Shown here: one piece after another, positions 33,651 through 41,915 of the stretch | How positions within the stretch are numbered: position 1 is the first letter of the stretch | How the letters are laid out: each line of letters starts with the position of its first letter | DNA from: a bacterium | GTDB lineage: Bacteria > Bacteroidota > Ignavibacteria > Kapaibacteriales > UBA2268 | Length of the DNA stretch: 56,238 bases | Assembly (NCBI GenBank): GCA_024710535.1 | Contig: JANJUO010000279.1 | Location: forward strand, 1 to 56,238 | Direction of reading: 5' to 3' | Position numbers and translations under genes: made by a program | Notes under the pieces: model-generated | What the model saw: only the letters and a program-made list of their open reading frames with translations | The model's database searches: none | Told to the model about the DNA's origin: nothing

Positions 33651-33972
33651 GTTCGATTCCTTTCGTGGTTGCGCGGTACCGCTGGTACCGGCTGTTGCGA
33701 CTGTCATCCGAGGTCGATTCGATGTGCTTCTGCGTCTTGAGGTAGCGCAGCGCGTGGTCGATGGCGGCCTTGGTGCATTGGGATTGGTGCTTGACCTGGG
33801 CGAAGGTCAGGAAGGCGGGGTACCGCCGGCAAAGAACGGCCAGGACGATCTCGGTAGGGGAGCCTGGTCGAATCACGCCGGCAGGCCGCGGGTTGTATCG
33901 GGGAATGTCCGTCACGTAAGGCCTGGCAGCGGCCATGCGCGAGAGCTGTGTGGCGATCCATTCGGTACTCAT
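33625..33972 (-). CDS. Winged-helix-type DNA-binding protein (115 aa)
   Basis: ATGA overlap. The pattern ...FAQVKHQSQCTKAAIDHALRYLKTQKHIES...RYQRYR suggests a wHTH fold. Confidence 0.5.
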   Translation of the reverse strand: MSTEWIATQLSRMAAARPYVTDIPRYNPRPAGVIRPGSPTEIVLAVLCRRYPAFLTFAQVKHQSQCTKAAIDHALRYLKTQKHIESTSDDSRNSRYQRYRATTKGIEHAADRARL

Positions 33973-34241
33973 CCGGCGGTGCTCCGAGATTCATCCCATC
34001 GACCGGGGACCATGGGCCGTGCGATCCTTCTGGCCATGGACAACTCACCGAACAAATGGCGCTCAAGAACCATGCGCACGTACTCGGCCTTGGGCACGCC
34101 AGCCATCACGGCCATACCGATGACGGCCTCCTCCAGATCCTCGGAGACGGGGATGTCCAGCCTGCGCGTCAGCTTCCCGCCTACGCTGCTGCTTCCTGAG
34201 CGCGACAGCATGGTGTCGCCGTCCTCTGCGACGCCTGCCAT
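33969..34241 (-). CDS. Hypothetical regulator-like protein (90 aa), possible ribbon-helix-helix
   Basis: ATG 34241 follows GGGAGC. LDIPVSEDLEEAVIGMAVMAGVPKAEYVRMVLERHL. Confidence 0.45.
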   Translation of the reverse strand: MAGVAEDGDTMLSRSGSSSVGGKLTRRLDIPVSEDLEEAVIGMAVMAGVPKAEYVRMVLERHLFGELSMARRIARPMVPGRWDESRSTAG

Positions 34242-34242
34242 G

Positions 34243-34539
34243 TCAAGCTCCCGATGCAGCTACGAGGGCATCCTCACGAGATGGACGGCCGACGCGGGGT
34301 CTGGGGGTGGCGCGCTCAGGCAGCACGATCTTGTCGTCGGACTCCAGACGATCAAGAGCGCGCGACAGGTTGACAAAGGTGTGCAGCCGCGGCGACTTGG
34401 ACTGATCCTGGTAGATCTTGCAGATCGTGCTGTAGGGCACACCCGACATGGCGGCCAGATCCGACCACTTGCCTTTGGCTTTGTGCAGCCGTTTACGCAT
34501 AGCCAGGACGATCTCGTCGGCGGATTGCTTGAATTTCAT
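34243..34539 (-). CDS. Cro/CII-type HTH regulator, first gene of the leftward early operon
   Basis: ATG 34539 lies 7 nt after AAGGAGAG. HTH-like WSDLAAMSGVPYSTICKIYQ. Divergent from the CI-like gene. Confidence 0.65.
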   Translation of the reverse strand: MKFKQSADEIVLAMRKRLHKAKGKWSDLAAMSGVPYSTICKIYQDQSKSPRLHTFVNLSRALDRLESDDKIVLPERATPRPRVGRPSREDALVAASGA

Positions 34540-34562
34540 GGGTTTGCTCTCCTTGCCCATGA

Positions 34563-34591
34563 ATCATAAACCGTTTATGACTAGGTTACAA
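34563..34591 (-). promoter_or_regulatory. Early leftward promoter (PR-like): -35 TTGTAA, 17-nt spacer, -10 TATGAT
   Basis: Read on the minus strand (plus coordinates 34586-34591 and 34563-34568). A palindromic operator overlaps the spacer and the -10. Confidence 0.55.
34565..34579. promoter_or_regulatory. 15-bp palindromic operator CATAAAC-C-GTTTATG
   Basis: Perfect 7-bp arms in the cro/cI intergenic region. It shares the core AACCGTTTA with sites at 36109-36124 and related sites elsewhere. Confidence 0.6.
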
Positions 34592-34615
34592 CCACAAACG
34601 CAAGCCCATGACGCA

Positions 34616-34621
34616 TATCAT
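34616..34621 (+). promoter_or_regulatory. Possible -10 (TATCAT) of a PRM-like promoter giving a leaderless cI transcript
   Basis: The hexamer ends 7 nt before the A of ATG 34628. There is no SD upstream of cI and no convincing -35. Confidence 0.3.
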
Positions 34622-34627
34622 CCGAAT

Positions 34628-35359
34628 ATGGCTAAACGTAAACCATCCGGCGACCTTCAGATCGGGGAAAACATCTCCAAGCTGATGGAGGCTCACCCCC
34701 ACATCAAGACGCAGACCGCCCTGGCGGCCGAGACTGGCATTGCTCAGGCAACCATAGGGCGAGCGCTGCGCGGCGAGTCCATGCTTTCGGCCGAGTACGT
34801 GCAGCGCATCGCCAAGGCGCTGGGTGCCAGCCTGGACGAGGTGTACGGCGTGGTGCCGGCTGTTGGTGCCGGTAGTCGTGCAGATCGGCCGATCAAGACG
34901 TGGGAGCACCCGGAGGAACTGCCCGCGGGCGAGTTCGCCCTGGTGCGTCGTCTTGATGTAAAACTATCGGCGGGGAACGGACACGAAGACATAGACGTGA
35001 CAATCAGCGAGGATCTACTGCCACAGGCATTTCGCGCGGACTGGATCCGCAAGATGGGGCTCAAGCCGAACCGGCTGGCCTCGGTCACCGCCGACGGCGA
35101 CTCCATGGAGCCCAGCATCCACGACGGGGATGCGCTGGTCATCAACCTGGACGAGACGGCCGTCATCGACGGCAAGGTCTACTGGATCTGGTACGACGGC
35201 GGCGCGAGGGTCAAGCGCTTGTACCGGCTGCCTGGTGGTGGCCTGCGCATCAAGTCCGATAATGCGGCCTACAGCCCGATCGACCTGACATCAGATCAAG
35301 CCCAGCACGTGCGCGTGATCGGGCGCGTCAGACACAAAGCGGGCGAAGGGGGCCTATGA
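34628..35359 (+). CDS. cI: CI-like repressor (HTH_XRE N-terminal domain plus S24/LexA-type autopeptidase domain)
   Basis: The HTH is KTQTALAAETGIAQATIGRAL. The C-terminal domain has GDSMEP and VKRL... as in LexA/CI peptidases. ATG 34628 is in frame with track ORF 34448..35359. Confidence 0.85.
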   Translation: MAKRKPSGDLQIGENISKLMEAHPHIKTQTALAAETGIAQATIGRALRGESMLSAEYVQRIAKALGASLDEVYGVVPAVGAGSRADRPIKTWEHPEELPAGEFALVRRLDVKLSAGNGHEDIDVTISEDLLPQAFRADWIRKMGLKPNRLASVTADGDSMEPSIHDGDALVINLDETAVIDGKVYWIWYDGGARVKRLYRLPGGGLRIKSDNAAYSPIDLTSDQAQHVRVIGRVRHKAGEGGL

Positions 35360-35694
35360 AACCGTACCGTCGTCTCACCATCGCGAACTTGCTGCTGCCG
35401 GTCGCCATCCTGGCTGCAGCCACATTCGCCTACGCCTGGTGGGAGCTGAAGACGGCTGCGGAGAAGGAGCCCATGCACATCAACATGGCAAAAGTGCCGG
35501 GCGAGCTGGCCGCTCCGGTCTTCCGGGAGTTCGTGACGCCCGAGGGAACGCTGCTGGAAATGCGCGTCCCTTATGACCCGCTACAGATCGGCATCAGCAC
35601 TGAGCGCACCTGCTGGATCTGGCGTGACGCGCGCACCCCGACCGCATCGCTTTCTTGCCCAAGCGCCGACCCCGCTGTCATCCCCGGAAACTGA
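35356..35694 (+). CDS. Membrane-anchored/secreted protein (112 aa) co-transcribed with cI
   Basis: ATGA overlap with the cI stop. N-terminal hydrophobic segment LTIANLLLPVAILAAATFAYAWW. Confidence 0.65.
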   Translation: MKPYRRLTIANLLLPVAILAAATFAYAWWELKTAAEKEPMHINMAKVPGELAAPVFREFVTPEGTLLEMRVPYDPLQIGISTERTCWIWRDARTPTASLSCPSADPAVIPGN

Positions 35695-35696
35695 CC

Positions 35697-35987
35697 ATGC
35701 GACAGATCCTGATTGCCCCTGCCCTGGCCGTGGCCGCCCTGCTCTCGGCCTGCGCCACCAGCGTCTACGAATCTGGTGTCGTCGACGTGGGTGACGGTGT
35801 GATGATGCTCTCGCGCCAGGACTACGGATTCAACTGGTCAGGCGGGAAGATCAAGACCGAACTGATCCAGCAGGCCGGCGAGCACTGCAAGCGGCAAGGC
35901 AAGCAGTTGTCCCTGGTATCCGACCAAGCCAACGACGCCGAAATGACGAAGTACGCCAGCGCAGAGATCAAGTTCCGCTGCCGATAG
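35697..35987 (+). CDS. Lipoprotein (96 aa) co-transcribed with cI
   Basis: MRQILIAPALAVAALLSAC lipobox. Followed by a strong terminator. Confidence 0.7.
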   Translation: MRQILIAPALAVAALLSACATSVYESGVVDVGDGVMMLSRQDYGFNWSGGKIKTELIQQAGEHCKRQGKQLSLVSDQANDAEMTKYASAEIKFRCR

Positions 35988-36008
35988 GCGCCAACGCCCT
36001 ACCCATCC

Positions 36009-36032
36009 AAGCCGCTTTCGAGCGGCTTTTTT
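36009..36032 (+). terminator. Rho-independent terminator of the cI operon
   Basis: AAGCCGCT-TTCG-AGCGGCTT followed by a T-run (TTTTTT). Confidence 0.8.
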
Positions 36033-36058
36033 GTTGCCTTGGAGCGACATCGAGGGTC

Positions 36059-36124
36059 TAGCCGTTTTCGGCTTGACGTGTTAGCCGTTATTGGTTTACC
36101 ATGATTATGCGTAAACGGTTAAAC
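36059..36124 (+). promoter_or_regulatory. Early rightward promoter/operator region (PL-like)
   Basis: -35 TTGACG (36073-36078), 18-nt spacer, -10 TACCAT (36097-36102). It is flanked or overlapped by three operator-like sites: TAGCCGTTTTCGGCTT 36059-36074, TTAGCCGTTATTGG 36081-36094 and GCGTAAACGGTTAAAC 36109-36124. Confidence 0.5.
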
Positions 36125-36146
36125 ACTCTCTCGAAAGGAGAACCCC

Positions 36147-36428
36147 ATGAGCGAAACCTATGGCCAGTACGAGGCCCGGGCACTTCGGGAAACCATCAGC
36201 AGCCTGGCCGCGATCGTTGAAGACAAGACCGTTCTCCAGATCAGCGTGCGCAGCAACTACGGTGCGCCCGCGATCTACCCGGCCAACGAGGCGGCCCGGA
36301 TCTTCGCGGACATCGCGGGCACGAAGACCCTCAAGGTCGACACCCTGGCCAAAGCCAAGCGGCTGGGCTTTCGGATAGAGCGGCTTGGGGACTCCATCGA
36401 CGTGCCGGGCTTGGCGGATCTGTACTGA
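36147..36428 (+). CDS. Hypothetical early protein (93 aa)
   Basis: ATG follows AAAGGAG. Protein-like. Confidence 0.65.
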   Translation: MSETYGQYEARALRETISSLAAIVEDKTVLQISVRSNYGAPAIYPANEAARIFADIAGTKTLKVDTLAKAKRLGFRIERLGDSIDVPGLADLY

Positions 36429-36439
36429 GTGAGGACACC

Positions 36440-36715
36440 ATGAGAACCCTGATCCAATGCGCCCCCGGCTTCCAGGCCGAAATCCAGGCCCTGGCGGCCG
36501 TGGCCAAGATGGACCCCGAACAGGTCTATGCTCTGTGGAGAAAGTACGACACGCGCTGCACGAACTACGACCAGTCCCCGGTCATTTCCGAGTTCGTGAG
36601 CTGGTACGCGGTCGAGCTGGGCGGCGATCAGCTCGCCCTGGTCCAGGCCCTGCAAAAGGCGCGCAACGAGGCACTGACGGCGGACCTGTTGCAGGTCATG
36701 GGAGCTACAGCATGA
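36440..36715 (+). CDS. Hypothetical early protein (91 aa)
   Basis: ATG follows GAGGA. Protein-like. Confidence 0.65.
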   Translation: MRTLIQCAPGFQAEIQALAAVAKMDPEQVYALWRKYDTRCTNYDQSPVISEFVSWYAVELGGDQLALVQALQKARNEALTADLLQVMGATA

Positions 36716-37518
36716 AGGCGCGCCCAATGCTCATGAGCGCCCCGATGGTGCGGGCCATCCTGGCCGGCACGAAGACGCAAACGCGGCGGGTGGTGAAGCC
36801 GCAGTTTGTTGCCGACGCCATGCCAGTCGAGATGCCGGCCACTGATCCGGCTGGTGGATGGGTCGTACCAGGCCACTCTGGAACATGGTGGTGCGAGGCC
36901 GCGGCCAATCCCGACGACGCGCGGCGCTGCCCCTACGGCCAGCCCGGCGACCGGCTGTGGGTGCGGGAGACGTGGCAGGTTGCACGCGAAACCCTCGACT
37001 ACGAAACCGGCGGCGAGTATGACGTGTGGGAGTGGAATGACGATATGGGCGACCCGAGTCAGTACCTCAAGGGTGATGCCAGGTTCGGCACAAAGGCAGG
37101 CTTGTTTTATGCGGCTGATGGCGAGGACAAAAACCCCGGCGCTTTCTACAACCTCACCGGCCTCGACAACAAGACCATATTGCGCACCAAGGAGATCAAC
37201 TGGCGGCCATCAATCCACATGCCCCGCTGGGCCAGCCGCATCACGCTGGAGGTAACAGGCGTGCGCGTCGAGCGGTTGCAGGACATCAGCGATGACGACG
37301 CCGCAGCGGAAGGTATCGAGCGCACCCGCAGAGGCGATATGTGGCGCACCTATCGGCCGGACTGTGTCCAGCACTGGAACACCGACGCCGAGCTTGGTCA
37401 CAAACTGGCATCTTCGTCTTACGCATCACTCTGGGAGTCCATCAACGGCCCCGGAAGCTGGGAAGCCAACCCATGGGTCTGGGTGGTCGAGTTCAAGCGC
37501 CTGGAGGTGCAGCAGTGA
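36712..37518 (+). CDS. Hypothetical protein (268 aa), ASCH/PUA-like pattern
   Basis: ATGA overlap. SAPMVRAILAGTKTQTRRV...GDRLWVRETW...HMPRWASRITLEVTGVRVERLQDIS..DAAAEG is a widespread phage family pattern. Confidence 0.6.
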   Translation: MKARPMLMSAPMVRAILAGTKTQTRRVVKPQFVADAMPVEMPATDPAGGWVVPGHSGTWWCEAAANPDDARRCPYGQPGDRLWVRETWQVARETLDYETGGEYDVWEWNDDMGDPSQYLKGDARFGTKAGLFYAADGEDKNPGAFYNLTGLDNKTILRTKEINWRPSIHMPRWASRITLEVTGVRVERLQDISDDDAAAEGIERTRRGDMWRTYRPDCVQHWNTDAELGHKLASSSYASLWESINGPGSWEANPWVWVVEFKRLEVQQ

Positions 37519-37712
37519 GCCTGAACCCCACGATCGCTCTGGCACTGGCACCCTTCGCGCCGCCGGCCAGCACCGTGCACCAGGACGCACAGGAGGCCCA
37601 GGCCATCCGTGCGGACCTGGCCTACAACGAACTGAAGAACAGCGGGGAGCTGCGCCGCCGCGAGGACGCGCGCGCCCTGGCCGAGCAACAGAAATGGAGC
37701 GACGAGCAATGA
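37515..37712 (+). CDS. Small hypothetical protein (65 aa)
   Basis: GTG 37515 (GTGA overlap) lies 5 nt after GGAGGTG. Confidence 0.45.
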   Translation: MSLNPTIALALAPFAPPASTVHQDAQEAQAIRADLAYNELKNSGELRRREDARALAEQQKWSDEQ

Positions 37713-37894
37713 ACTTCCTGACCATCACGTTCACGCGCATCAAGCGGATGGCTCCGCCCGAGCCACTGCCCCAGATCACCGAAACGCCGCGCGAGGCTTT
37801 CCTGGCCGGCTGGTGGGGCGGCATCTGCATCGGCTGCGTCATCGGCGGCGGCCTGGTTGTTTTCCTGCTCCAAGGCCTTGGGAGGCTGGCATGA
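37709..37894 (+). CDS. Small membrane protein (61 aa)
   Basis: ATGA overlap. C-terminal TM segment GWWGGICIGCVIGGGLVVFLL. Confidence 0.5.
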   Translation: MNFLTITFTRIKRMAPPEPLPQITETPREAFLAGWWGGICIGCVIGGGLVVFLLQGLGRLA

Positions 37895-37989
37895 ATGCAC
37901 CGTCCAAGACCGAGAAGCTCATGGATGTGGGCCTGGCCGTGCTGATTGGTGTCGGCCTGGCGTATCTGGCCCTCAAGTGGGTCACGTAG
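37891..37989 (+). CDS. Very small membrane protein (32 aa)
   Basis: ATGA overlap. MNAPSKTEKLMDVGLAVLIGVGLAYLALKWVT. It is below the track size cut-off. Confidence 0.35.
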   Translation: MNAPSKTEKLMDVGLAVLIGVGLAYLALKWVT

Positions 37990-38017
37990 TTTTTCGCCCC
38001 GTCAAGCCTTTTATGGC

Positions 38018-38045
38018 TTGCAATTGCCATCATCAAGCCTATAAT
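38018..38045 (+). promoter_or_regulatory. Sigma70-like promoter: -35 TTGCAA, 16-nt spacer, -10 TATAAT
   Basis: Read directly from the sequence. It is flanked by the direct repeat TCAAGCCTtTTATGGCT (38002-38018) / TCAAGCCTaTAATGGCT (38033-38049). Confidence 0.5.
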
Positions 38046-38085
38046 GGCTATCCATAAACGAATAAACCCGGAAAGGAAGACAAGC

Positions 38086-38283
38086 ATGCAAAAGACTGGA
38101 ATCAAGGTCGACCGCTATGTCGGAAAGACCAAGGTGGGCACAAAGACCACATCCATCCCCTTCAAAAAGCCCATCCCAACCGTAAACGGCTTTCGCCGGG
38201 CGGCTGCCTGGGCCTTGGTGGTCGTGACCAGCGCAGTGTCTGCCGCAGCACTGACGTTCGGTATCCGTGTCGCCGGCAAGTGA
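38086..38283 (+). CDS. Small membrane-anchored protein (65 aa)
   Basis: ATG follows AAGGAAG. C-terminal TM segment AAWALVVVTSAVSAAALTFGI. It contains one copy of the operator-like motif (38179-38191). Confidence 0.55.
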   Translation: MQKTGIKVDRYVGKTKVGTKTTSIPFKKPIPTVNGFRRAAAWALVVVTSAVSAAALTFGIRVAGK

Positions 38284-38290
38284 GGACGAC

Positions 38291-39439
38291 ATGACAGAGC
38301 AAACCGCACTCCCGATCGACGTTGCGCAGCCCGACGCTCCGGCGCCCGCCCTTCCCTCCCCCGTAGAACGCGCCGCACTGGCATTGAACTCGACGCAGAC
38401 CGAGCGCGATCTGCAGGCGCTGGCCACCAAGCACGCCAGCATCACCGAGATCAAGGACAAGGCGGGCCGAGAGCAAGCCCACGGCGCAGCCATGGAGTTG
38501 ATGCGCGCCCGCACCTTGATCGAGAAGATCAGCAAGGAAACCCGCGACGACGCGACGAAGTTCTCAAAGGCGGTGATCGCTGAGGAAAACCGCCTGGTGT
38601 CGATCATCAGCAACGAGGAAAAGCGCCTCAAGGCTCTGCGCGATGCGTGGGACGCAGAGCAGGAGCGCATCAAGCGTGAGTCCGCCGAGCGCGAGCGCCA
38701 GCGCATCGAGCAGCACCAGAAGAAGCTCGCCACCATCCGTGGCTACCTGGACACCGCCCGGGGTGCGCGCACGTCGCAGATGGTCATGGACCTGATCAAC
38801 CGGCTGGTGCACATCGACCTTTCCGACATGGAGGAGTTCGAGGCCGAGGCCAAGCAGGTGCGGATGTCGACTGAGACAGCCATGTATGCCGTACATGATC
38901 AGCTCAAGGGCGCCGAGAACGAGCGCGCTCGCCTGGCAGCCGAGCGGGCCGAGCTTGAGCGTCAACAGGCCGAGGCCCAGCGCCAGCAGCAAGAACGCGA
39001 AGCCGCACAGCGAGCCGAGGCCGAGCGCCTGGCCGCCGAGCGCGCGGAGCTGGAACGCATGCGCGCCGAGATCGAGGCAGCCAAGGCCCCACCGGCGAAG
39101 CCAGTCGAGCCCTTTGTTGTGGACGGGACCGTCGTGCCCACCAAAAAGGTCATCGAGGCCCTTGCAAGCACGGGTCACACCCTAGCCGATGTGGATCTGG
39201 TCGACACCGCACCGGCAACTGAAGGCGCCGAGATCCGCATGGGCTTTGACATGGCCATGTCGATGCCGGTGATCACCCACGACATCAACAAGACCCCGAG
39301 CGATGCGCCGCCAGCGACGTCCCTGATCAAGTGCATCGCCTTCGAGTACGGCGTTGACCTGGAAACCGCCTGCCAGTGGCTCTGCCAGCGCGCGGCCGAC
39401 TTCGAAGCCTGGACGCAGCCCGCGGCCGAAACCGTCTAA
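38291..39439 (+). CDS. Coiled-coil protein (382 aa) upstream of RecT
   Basis: ATG 38291 follows GAGGA. Long ERAELER-type heptad region. Confidence 0.65.
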   Translation: MTEQTALPIDVAQPDAPAPALPSPVERAALALNSTQTERDLQALATKHASITEIKDKAGREQAHGAAMELMRARTLIEKISKETRDDATKFSKAVIAEENRLVSIISNEEKRLKALRDAWDAEQERIKRESAERERQRIEQHQKKLATIRGYLDTARGARTSQMVMDLINRLVHIDLSDMEEFEAEAKQVRMSTETAMYAVHDQLKGAENERARLAAERAELERQQAEAQRQQQEREAAQRAEAERLAAERAELERMRAEIEAAKAPPAKPVEPFVVDGTVVPTKKVIEALASTGHTLADVDLVDTAPATEGAEIRMGFDMAMSMPVITHDINKTPSDAPPATSLIKCIAFEYGVDLETACQWLCQRAADFEAWTQPAAETV

Positions 39440-39469
39440 CCCCCTTCACCACTGAGAGGAAATCACCGA

Positions 39470-40612
39470 ATGAACACGCACACGCGAACCGAGGCCATGG
39501 CTTTGACCCAGGTGCCGGCACCTGCAGCTCTGGCAGCAGGAACCACCAGTGCATCGGCTCTGATGCTGTCCGGAGACAGCATGGACAAGATGATGCGTAT
39601 TGCCGACTTCATGGCAAGCGCCAAGGCAACGATCCCCCAGCACCTGCGCAACCCGGGGGACTGCCTGGCGGTCGTCATGCAGGCGACCCAATGGAACATG
39701 AACCCATTTGCCGTGGCCCAGAAAACCCACCTGGTCAACGGAACCCTTGGCTACGAGGCTCAACTGGTCGCCGCCGTGATCAACAACAGTGGCCTAGTCA
39801 AGGACCGATTCAATTTTGAGTGGTTCGGCGCCTGGGAAAAGATCGTCGGCAAGTTCAAGGAGGTCGAGTCCAAGACCAAGAAGGACGACAACGGCCACCC
39901 CAAGAAGTACATCGTCCCGGCCTGGGATCAGAAGGACGAGCAGGGCCTGGGTGTGCGGGTGTGGGCCACGATCAAGGGCGAGACAGGGCCCCGTGTGCTG
40001 GAACTGCTGATGACGCAGGCACGCACACGGAACAGCACGCTCTGGACGGAAGACCCCAAGCAGCAGATTGCATACCTGGCGCAAAAGCGCTGGGCCCGTC
40101 TGTATGCGCCCGACGTGATCATGGGCGTCTACACGCCGGACGAACTGGAGGACAGCGTACCCCGCGACATGGGGCCAGCCGAGGAAGTGAGCCCATGGAC
40201 CGAGCAGCAACTGGAGGCCGGCAAGGCGGCCGCCTCGAAGGGCGCCAAGGCTTACGTCGAGTTCTGGAAGGGCCTGGGCGCGGAGCTGCAGCAGAAGCTG
40301 GCCAAGACCCGCGAGCACGAGCAGTTCAAAGAAGCCGCCCAGCGCGCCGACGCGAACCGCACCGTGGACGCGGCGCCCAAGGCTGCGGCGCCGGCCGCGG
40401 CCCCAGCACCCGCGCCAGCAGACCCCGCAACCGGCGAGATCGTCACCACCCCGGCCGACGTCCGCGCACGCATGGAAGACGCCAAGACCGAAGACGCACT
40501 TTTCGTGGCCTTCGACTGGTTCAACGCCATGACACCTGAAGACCAGGCAGCCAGCCGCGCCGACCTGGAAGCTCTGTTTGACACCCGCCTCAAGGCGCTT
40601 CGTGGGGAGTAA
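39470..40612 (+). CDS. recT: RecT-family single-strand annealing recombinase
   Basis: GDCLAVVMQATQWNMNPFAVAQKTHLVNGTLGYEAQLVAAVIN pattern. It is paired with a YqaJ-type exonuclease. Confidence 0.75.
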   Translation: MNTHTRTEAMALTQVPAPAALAAGTTSASALMLSGDSMDKMMRIADFMASAKATIPQHLRNPGDCLAVVMQATQWNMNPFAVAQKTHLVNGTLGYEAQLVAAVINNSGLVKDRFNFEWFGAWEKIVGKFKEVESKTKKDDNGHPKKYIVPAWDQKDEQGLGVRVWATIKGETGPRVLELLMTQARTRNSTLWTEDPKQQIAYLAQKRWARLYAPDVIMGVYTPDELEDSVPRDMGPAEEVSPWTEQQLEAGKAAASKGAKAYVEFWKGLGAELQQKLAKTREHEQFKEAAQRADANRTVDAAPKAAAPAAAPAPAPADPATGEIVTTPADVRARMEDAKTEDALFVAFDWFNAMTPEDQAASRADLEALFDTRLKALRGE

Positions 40613-40617
40613 CCGTC

Positions 40618-41295
40618 ATGCGCATCATCACCTGTGAACAAGGTTCGCCCGATTGGCACCAGGCCCGTGCCGGGGTCATCACCGCCAGCATGTTCCGCGT
40701 GGCGCGAGAGCGCCTGAAGTCTGGCCCGAACAAGGGCGACTTCACGGAAGCCGCCAAGAACTACGCATTCCGCGTGGCGGTCGAGCGCATCGCCGGGAAC
40801 CCTCTGGATGAGGGCTTTGAAACCTGGCAGATGAAGCGTGGCCACGAGCTGGAGCCCGCTGCGCGCGCTGCCCATGAGGCGGCGAGCGGCGAGGTCGTGT
40901 TCCGCGCCGGCTTCGTGGTGACGGACTGCGGCCGATTCGGCGCCAGCGCTGACGGTCTGATCGGTGACGACGCTGGCAGTGAATACAAGTGCCTCGTGTC
41001 GCCCGAGGGCCTGCGCGATGTCCTGTTGGAGGACGACATCACCAAGTACATCGACCAGATCCAGGGTTGCATGTGGATCACCGGCCGGCGGCGCTGGCAC
41101 TACGCCATGTACTGCCCGGCGCTGCAGCCCATCGGAAAGGATCTGTACTGGCGAGTCGTCGAGCGCGATGACGACTACATCGAGGCCATGGAGTCGGACC
41201 TGATCGATTTCATGCGGCTGGTCGATCGCTACGAGTTCACCCTGCGCGCGCAGCCGGTGGCGGCCAACAACGCCCGAATCCTGGAGGCAGCATGA
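40618..41295 (+). CDS. YqaJ/lambda-exonuclease-type recombination exonuclease
   Basis: GSPDWHQARAGVITASMF N-terminus and D...EYK catalytic pattern (ADGLIGDDAGSEYKC). Confidence 0.75.
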   Translation: MRIITCEQGSPDWHQARAGVITASMFRVARERLKSGPNKGDFTEAAKNYAFRVAVERIAGNPLDEGFETWQMKRGHELEPAARAAHEAASGEVVFRAGFVVTDCGRFGASADGLIGDDAGSEYKCLVSPEGLRDVLLEDDITKYIDQIQGCMWITGRRRWHYAMYCPALQPIGKDLYWRVVERDDDYIEAMESDLIDFMRLVDRYEFTLRAQPVAANNARILEAA

Positions 41296-41915
41296 AGATG
41301 GCAAAGGCCAGTGAGGCCGACCTGAACATGGCCATGGAGTTGACCAGCGCTCTCGATGTGCTTGGCCAGCGCTTCCTGCCCGCGATGCCCGAAGCGATCG
41401 AGAAGCTGGGGGAAGACGACGAGCGAGAGCCATTCGATCGACACGACGATGAGCAGTGCGGCCGGGCACTGCGCCACCTACTGGACCTGGCCGACCGCGC
41501 CAGCTTATCGCGGGTGGTCTTTGGCTGCGCTGTGATGCTGGACCCGGCAAACAAGTGCGTCGATCCTGACGCCGACACCATCGAGCACCACCCTGACGTC
41601 ATTGCCGGCCTGCGAGCACTGCAAGGCAGCGCGAAGGATGTGCTGGCGGAGCGGCAACGGCAAATCAATGCTGAGGGCTGGACGCCTGAGCACGACGACA
41701 TGCACAAGGGTGGTCAGCTCGCCGTAGCGGCGGCTTGCTACACGCTCGCTGCGCATCGACTCACCAGCCAGGGATCGATACCACCCCTCTGGCCGTGGGC
41801 GCCGTCCTTCTGGAAACCCGCCTACGGGCGCCGCGACCTGGTGAAAGCGGGCGCCCTCATCCTGGCCGAAATCGAACGGATTGACCGTGCGGCTGAGAAA
41901 GGCGGTGCAGCATGA
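41292..41915 (+). CDS. Hypothetical protein (207 aa)
   Basis: ATGA overlap. The C-terminal ERQRQINAEGWTPEHDD...WPW..FWKP...AGALILAEIERIDR is a common phage domain of unclear function. Confidence 0.6.
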   Translation: MKMAKASEADLNMAMELTSALDVLGQRFLPAMPEAIEKLGEDDEREPFDRHDDEQCGRALRHLLDLADRASLSRVVFGCAVMLDPANKCVDPDADTIEHHPDVIAGLRALQGSAKDVLAERQRQINAEGWTPEHDDMHKGGQLAVAAACYTLAAHRLTSQGSIPPLWPWAPSFWKPAYGRRDLVKAGALILAEIERIDRAAEKGGAA

